Source: a virus
IMG/VR virus record: IMGVR_UViG_3300031576_000027
Location: 11,319-43,318 of that record
DNA length: 32,000 nt
Strand: one strand, 5' to 3'
Position 1 is the first letter of the stretch; the number at the start of each line of letters is the position of its first letter. The notes beneath the pieces were generated by a model, which saw only the letters and a list, made by a program, of their open reading frames with translations, did not search any database and was not told the DNA's origin. The translations under genes were made by a program, and so were the position numbers. This document shows positions 27,615 through 32,000 of the stretch, in pieces.

Positions 27615-28802
27615 ATGACGGTCACCAAAGAAGCGGTCCTGGCAGCGATCAAGCAGTGCGACGAGATGGGCGCCGAGGCCTTCTGCAAGGCGCACGGGTA
27701 CAGCCTGTCGGTCAAGTACGTGCTGGTCCACGGCGGCAAGCCCTACCCGTCCAAGGCCATCCTGGGCGTGGCGGCCGGCCTGCGCGGCCGGGACTTCTCG
27801 GGTGGCGCCTACCACGTCGGCCGGGTCCTGGGCCGGCTGGGCTTCAAGGTGCGTGGCTTCACGCGGACCGTGGCGGCCATGTTTGCCGCGGCCGCGGCGC
27901 TGGGTTACGCGGGCGTCGCGGAGGCTGAACTGGCGGACCGTCCGGTGGCCTACTTCGCCAGCGGGTCCAACCACGCGGGGGAGATCGCCGGCTGGGCCAA
28001 GATCGGGCACGACATCGGCGTGGCCGCCCCCGAGATCAACGCCGCGGCCGAGGCGGCGCTGGGTCGCCTGGCCGGCACCGACATCCAGATCTTCGTGGAC
28101 AGCGGCGCCTTCTCGGAAGTCGCCTTCGGGGCTGACGGTCCCAAGGTGGTCAAGCCGATCAGCGACGCGGACTGGCGGGAACGGATCGACCTCTACAAGC
28201 GCCTGGCGGCCAAGTTGGGCGACCAGCTGCATGTGGTGGCGCCGGATCAGGTGGGCTTCCAGCAGGAGACGCTGGACCGGCTGACGCGCTACGCGGATGA
28301 CATGCGGCAGCTGCACGCCATGGGCGCGCGGGTGCTGGTCCCGATGCAGAAGGGCCAGATGACCCAGGCGGATTTCGCCAAGGCCGCGGATGCGGTCCTT
28401 GGCTTCGACTACGTCCCCAGTTTGCCGCTCAAGAAGGCCGCGACGACGGTGGCCGAGGTCGCGGCCTTCGTCCAGGCGCGGCAGCCCCGCCAGTTGCATC
28501 TGCTGGGGCTGGGCGTCAGCAACCGCAACGCCGAGGATTACTTCGACGCGGTCCACGGCAACGCCCCGGACTGCCTCTTTACCTGCGACAGCAACCTGAT
28601 CCGGGCTCACGTCGGTCGCGGCGGATCCAAGGGCGACCGTAAGCCGGGCCGGCTGACGATGGCGATGGACGTGCTGGCGCGGGTCTTCGATCAGGCGACA
28701 TGGACGACGGCGCGCCGCAAGGCGGCCGGTATCGTCCTTTGCTTCGGTTGGGGCACCTGGATCGCCACGAACGCGGGCGGCGCAGCGCCGCAACTTGGCT
28801 GA
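27615..28802 (+). CDS. TGT/DpdA-like DNA or RNA base-exchange (transglycosylase) protein fused to an N-terminal reader-like domain
   Basis: ACAGGAGGACGGT precedes ATG 27615. The C-terminal ~290 aa carry IFVDSGAFS, VVAPDQ, LHLLGLGVS and LFTCDSNLIRAHVGRGG, in the same order as the TGT motifs DSGGFQ / DEC / MGVG / FDCV.PTR.AR.G. N-terminus: KYVLVHGGKPYPSKAILGVAAG..FSGG..LGRLGFKV. Confidence 0.55.
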   Translation: MTVTKEAVLAAIKQCDEMGAEAFCKAHGYSLSVKYVLVHGGKPYPSKAILGVAAGLRGRDFSGGAYHVGRVLGRLGFKVRGFTRTVAAMFAAAAALGYAGVAEAELADRPVAYFASGSNHAGEIAGWAKIGHDIGVAAPEINAAAEAALGRLAGTDIQIFVDSGAFSEVAFGADGPKVVKPISDADWRERIDLYKRLAAKLGDQLHVVAPDQVGFQQETLDRLTRYADDMRQLHAMGARVLVPMQKGQMTQADFAKAADAVLGFDYVPSLPLKKAATTVAEVAAFVQARQPRQLHLLGLGVSNRNAEDYFDAVHGNAPDCLFTCDSNLIRAHVGRGGSKGDRKPGRLTMAMDVLARVFDQATWTTARRKAAGIVLCFGWGTWIATNAGGAAPQLG

Positions 28803-28830
28803 CGCAGTCTACAGGAGGAGGACGACGACG

Positions 28831-29136
28831 ATGGCGAAGACGAAGAACACAGCAGCAGCCAGGCCGACCGGCAGACCCGCAGGTGACGTCAGCGGCCGGC
28901 TCGCCTTCACGGCGATCGTGGACCCGGACAACGGCTACATCCTCGGGATCGCGGAGGAGAACGTGGCCGGGTACTCGCCGGTCGTGGACAAGTGGGGTGC
29001 GCCCTTCAACACGTACAACCAGGCCAAGATTGCGGCCGACGCGCAGAACGCCCGGCTTGGCCTGACCCCCAAGGAGGCGTGGCTGATCGTGGCGTCATCC
29101 ATGGGCGCCCAGCGGCGGACGCGGGGTGGGACGTGA
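28831..29136 (+). CDS. hypothetical protein
   Basis: ACAGGAGGAGGACGACGACG precedes ATG 28831. Confidence 0.7.
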   Translation: MAKTKNTAAARPTGRPAGDVSGRLAFTAIVDPDNGYILGIAEENVAGYSPVVDKWGAPFNTYNQAKIAADAQNARLGLTPKEAWLIVASSMGAQRRTRGGT

Positions 29137-29363
29137 CGCCAGGCGAGCAGTGCACGGCCCGCGTGCAGGACGGGTCCGCAGGGCGCCAGGTCATGCCCAG
29201 GCGCTGCAGACGACGCGGTAGCATCGCTGGGCGCTGTCGCCAGCATCCACCTCCTTGCGGCCGCTGCCAGACGGTCAGCGGCGTGGTGCCGACGACGAAC
29301 TATGGCAAGGACACTGGCGAGTGGTGGTGCCGCGGCTGCGGCGCGCACGTGGTGGCGTCATGA
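29133..29363 (+). CDS. hypothetical Cys-rich protein
   Basis: GTGA overlap. CGRC and CRGCG. Confidence 0.55.
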   Translation: MTPGEQCTARVQDGSAGRQVMPRRCRRRGSIAGRCRQHPPPCGRCQTVSGVVPTTNYGKDTGEWWCRGCGAHVVAS

Positions 29364-29770
29364 GCATGCGACCCGTCTACGAGGTCCGGTCCAACAGCGG
29401 CTACGAGGGATGCGACGACCTGGACCAGTACTACGACACCCTCCAGGAGGCTCGCGCGGAATGCCGGCGGCTGCGGTCCGAACGGCACGACTACCAACTA
29501 TCGCGGATCGTCCTGGCGAGCATGCCGGTCCGCAAGCTGCTGGTCAGGGCGATGAACGGCGGCGGCTACTCGGCCTTCTCTGTGGCGGTGGAGTGGTTCG
29601 ATCCGTGCTGCGATCCGCAGCCGCATGACTGGATGGCGGATCAGGTGCGGCTGGGGCCTGGCGATCATGCGGACGGCTGCACGGTGGAGAAGCGGCGGGC
29701 AGCCAGGCCGCAGCCTGGGGAGCGGCCGAGCATCTTCCGCACCGACAAGGAGGACCGCGATGCCGGTTGA
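29360..29770 (+). CDS. hypothetical protein
   Basis: ATGA overlap. G/C-rich third positions. Confidence 0.65.
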   Translation: MSMRPVYEVRSNSGYEGCDDLDQYYDTLQEARAECRRLRSERHDYQLSRIVLASMPVRKLLVRAMNGGGYSAFSVAVEWFDPCCDPQPHDWMADQVRLGPGDHADGCTVEKRRAARPQPGERPSIFRTDKEDRDAG

Positions 29771-29948
29771 CAGGATCAAGCAGGGCATAGCCGTGTCCCA
29801 GGGGATGCGCCAGATGTGGGCGGCGCGGCGCCGATGCAGCATGGCCTGGAAGCAGTGCCCGATCTGCAAGGCCCGACCGGACGGGACGCCGCGCTACCAC
29901 CGGGTGGGCCACAGGCACATCAAGGAGGTCGCGGATGGCGGCGCGTGA
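29760..29948 (+). CDS. hypothetical small protein
   Basis: AAGGAGGA lies 6 nt upstream of ATG 29760. CPIC motif. Confidence 0.55.
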   Translation: MPVDRIKQGIAVSQGMRQMWAARRRCSMAWKQCPICKARPDGTPRYHRVGHRHIKEVADGGA

Positions 29949-30177
29949 CATCGACGGGATGGTGCGCTGGTGTCAGATGCAGGCGCGCACCTGGGAGCCA
30001 TGGTCGTCCATTTGGCTGGCGATCGACAACTGGCCTACGGAGAAGATCGGCCAGCTGATCGAGCAGTCCAACGCCACCACCAACCGCGGCGCTGTGCGCG
30101 TTCTGTTCCGGGCCGCGCGCACCGAGCTTGGGCTGGGCCCGCGTGATGGCGGGATCCCGGGTGGTGATCGGTCATGA
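29935..30177 (+). CDS. hypothetical protein
   Basis: AAGGAGG upstream of ATG 29935. Confidence 0.65.
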   Translation: MAARDIDGMVRWCQMQARTWEPWSSIWLAIDNWPTEKIGQLIEQSNATTNRGAVRVLFRAARTELGLGPRDGGIPGGDRS

Positions 30178-30476
30178 AGGATCACACGCGCAGACGCCCG
30201 CCCCAGGGCACCATCCAGGTCATCGAGGGTGCGGCGTCGGACAAGGAGATCCGCCGCGGTCGCGGCGTGGCCGCAGTACAGGCGCTGGCGTCGGCGCTGG
30301 AGAGGGCTGATCCACAGCTGGGCGATCTACAGGACGCCATGGATGATCGGGACGATCAGGAGATCGCACGCCTAGTGCGGGTCTTGCGGGACCGCTACGG
30401 CGCGGAGGTTTGGGACACCGTCGCGCGTGTGGTCCTGGTGTCCCGCGGCCGGTGGATCAGCAGGAGACGACGGTGA
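30174..30476 (+). CDS. hypothetical protein
   Basis: ATGA overlap. Confidence 0.65.
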   Translation: MKDHTRRRPPQGTIQVIEGAASDKEIRRGRGVAAVQALASALERADPQLGDLQDAMDDRDDQEIARLVRVLRDRYGAEVWDTVARVVLVSRGRWISRRRR

Positions 30477-30823
30477 TGGCGGCGCGGAAGCCCAAGCGGG
30501 CCAAGCGGGCCGCCTATCGCCCAGCCGTTGGCGATCGCGTTGCCGTGTCCTGGCCTGAGCACCCATTCGGCTGGGCCTTTGGCACCGTCATGTCCACCTG
30601 GCAGTGGGGGCCGCGTAGCGCCGTCGTGACGGTGACGGTCGCCGTCGATGATGACCCATCAGCTGCAACGCATCCGACGCGCACCTTCCGGCCGGAAGAA
30701 GTCCGCCCGGAGGCCGACGTCAAGGCGCAGATGGCCGTGGATGCACTGGCAGGCAAGGCGTGCATCTGCGGTCGTTCGCTGACGGCTCCGTTGATCTGCC
30801 CGGTCCACGGGATCCGGCGATGA
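30476..30823 (+). CDS. hypothetical protein, paralog A of a second tandem pair
   Basis: CAGGAGACGACG precedes GTGATG. Homologous to the next ORF (GDRV.V.W...G..FG.V....VVT/RI..V..DDD....T..F...EV....VKA....D.LA....CIC......CP.HG). Confidence 0.7.
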   Translation: MAARKPKRAKRAAYRPAVGDRVAVSWPEHPFGWAFGTVMSTWQWGPRSAVVTVTVAVDDDPSAATHPTRTFRPEEVRPEADVKAQMAVDALAGKACICGRSLTAPLICPVHGIRR

Positions 30824-31176
30824 TCCGCAGTAGGTATCGCGCTGGGTATCGCGCTGGCGATCGCGTGGGCGTGAAGTGGTTCAGCGCGGCGGGCGGCTAT
30901 CGTTTTGGGGCCGTCGTGGGATTCTGGCCGGACAGACGGGTTGTCAGGATCATGTACGTCCGCCTGGACGACGACTTCCCCGACACCACGCGCAACTTCC
31001 ATCTCAACGAGGTGGAGCTAGAAGTGACGGTCAAGGCCCGCGGCGTGGTGGATAGCCTTGCCACTGCCGGCCTCGCGTGCATTTGCGATACAGCACGCGG
31101 GCCTGCGCCATGGACATGTCCGCGGCACGGGACGGTGGTGTCGCTGGATGCGGACAGCCCCCTGGAGGACGACTGA
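30820..31176 (+). CDS. hypothetical protein, paralog B of a second tandem pair
   Basis: ATGA overlap. Homologous to 30476..30823. Confidence 0.7.
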   Translation: MIRSRYRAGYRAGDRVGVKWFSAAGGYRFGAVVGFWPDRRVVRIMYVRLDDDFPDTTRNFHLNEVELEVTVKARGVVDSLATAGLACICDTARGPAPWTCPRHGTVVSLDADSPLEDD

Positions 31177-31565
31177 TGACCCGCGCTGACGTCAAGGCCG
31201 TGCTGCAGTCCATCGGCACGTTCAAGTGGGCCGAGTCCCTGTACGGCTTCGACCTGCCGGCACCTGTCATTGCCCGATCGCCAGGCCAGGTCGGCTACAA
31301 GTCGCGCCCGGATTACCGCATCAGCAAGGGCAGCGGGATCGCGGCCGACAACCGGTGGTCCCTGCGCGCGGTCCAGGGCGACGACCTGGCGCGCGTCGCG
31401 TCCACCAGGCGCCAGCTGCGGACCATCCTGATCGAGTGGCTGACGGAGCAGGACTCTGGACCCAAGCCGGTGCCGCGACCTGGGTACCGGGTCTATGCGC
31501 AGATGCACCACAACCTCAACGGGTCGTTCTACATCTGGTGCTACCGCAGGACGAGGCGACCATGA
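31176..31565 (+). CDS. hypothetical protein
   Basis: CTGGAGGACGAC upstream; TGATG overlap. Confidence 0.7.
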   Translation: MTRADVKAVLQSIGTFKWAESLYGFDLPAPVIARSPGQVGYKSRPDYRISKGSGIAADNRWSLRAVQGDDLARVASTRRQLRTILIEWLTEQDSGPKPVPRPGYRVYAQMHHNLNGSFYIWCYRRTRRP

Positions 31566-31768
31566 AGCGTGAGTGGCGATCGGTCGTGGACTGGTGCCTG
31601 GCGCCAGGCGGCAGCATGGCCCAGTCAAGGCCGAGCATGACGGCCGTGGTCCTGCTGGATCTGGCGTGCGGGCACAGGGTCGTGCGTCGGGTTCGGTCCG
31701 CGCGGGACGGGTCCATGCCACGCAGGGTCAGCTGTTCGCTGTGCCACCAGGCCAAGCACGCGCGCTAA
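31562..31768 (+). CDS. hypothetical small Cys-containing protein
   Basis: ATGA overlap. Its TAA stop (31766-31768) forms the start of promoter motif copy 3. Confidence 0.55.
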   Translation: MKREWRSVVDWCLAPGGSMAQSRPSMTAVVLLDLACGHRVVRRVRSARDGSMPRRVSCSLCHQAKHAR

Positions 31769-31805
31769 TTTTCTTGTTGCGCGCAGACCCGCACCAGGCT
31801 ACTGT
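31766..31805 (+). promoter_or_regulatory. conserved AT-rich promoter motif, copy 3
   Basis: TAATTTTCTTGTTGCGC: TTGCGC (31777-31782), 17 nt, TACTGT (31800-31805), then ACAGGAGGACGACGACG-ATG. Confidence 0.6.
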
Positions 31806-31829
31806 AGGGATGACAGGAGGACGACGACG

Positions 31830-32000
31830 ATGGAAGCGATGGTGACGATCTGTGGACTGGGTGAGGACGTGGAGTACGAGGTAGCAGCCGAGATCCGGCT
31901 GTACCCGCGCGACGGGCAGACGGGCCACAGCGCGGTGGACCTGGACATCACCGAGGTGGTTCTGCTGGAGCACGACGGTCCCCGGTGCAAGCGGACAGCG
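31830..32000 (+). CDS. hypothetical protein, 3'-truncated by window edge
   Basis: ACAGGAGGACGACGACG precedes ATG 31830. The frame (MEAMVTICGLGEDVEYEV...) stays open to the end of the window with G/C-rich third positions. Absent from the ORF track, presumably because it is short and incomplete. Confidence 0.6.
   Translation, partial: MEAMVTICGLGEDVEYEVAAEIRLYPRDGQTGHSAVDLDITEVVLLEHDGPRCKRTA

Overview
High-GC segment (by eye about two-thirds G+C; third codon positions are almost all G/C) of a tailed dsDNA phage or prophage. I support 65 protein-coding genes, 63 of them on the + strand. They are tightly packed and often translationally coupled through ATGA/GTGA/TGATG overlaps. Gene order: (1) end of the tail-fibre/receptor-binding module (1-5280), with a C1q-like head domain and a fibre carrying an internal repeat. 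(2) Lysis cassette: NlpC/P60 endolysin at 5311-5784 plus a small membrane protein. (3) A long non-structural region, containing in order: small DNA-binding proteins; a ~1.07-kb non-coding tract of 5-nt-phased (GGCNN)n repeats with an embedded tRNA-like minihelix, plus smaller patches of the same repeat elsewhere; a two-domain radical SAM enzyme; a ~370-nt hairpin-rich non-coding stretch ending in a canonical intrinsic terminator; a MoxR-type AAA+ / VWA-metallopeptidase operon; and a ~10.5-kb block of tiny ORFs, many of them Cys-rich. That block is cut into cassettes by six copies of a conserved ~135-bp hairpin-plus-promoter/operator module. Each module ends in an invariant GTGTATAGACA box, with a start codon 8-9 nt after TATAGA, which implies leaderless mRNAs. 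Two HNH-family genes sit on the opposite strand. (4) A DNA-modification island: a PP-loop PAPS-reductase-like enzyme, a C5-cytosine methyltransferase with a SymE/AbrB-like N-terminus, and a TGT/DpdA-like transglycosylase fused to an N-terminal reader-like domain. A second, sigma70/sigmaA-like promoter class with an AT-rich upstream element occurs three times. I found no rRNA, canonical tRNA, CRISPR array, integrase or transposase. All functional calls come from motif recognition by eye, with no database search. Most small ORFs are hypothetical.
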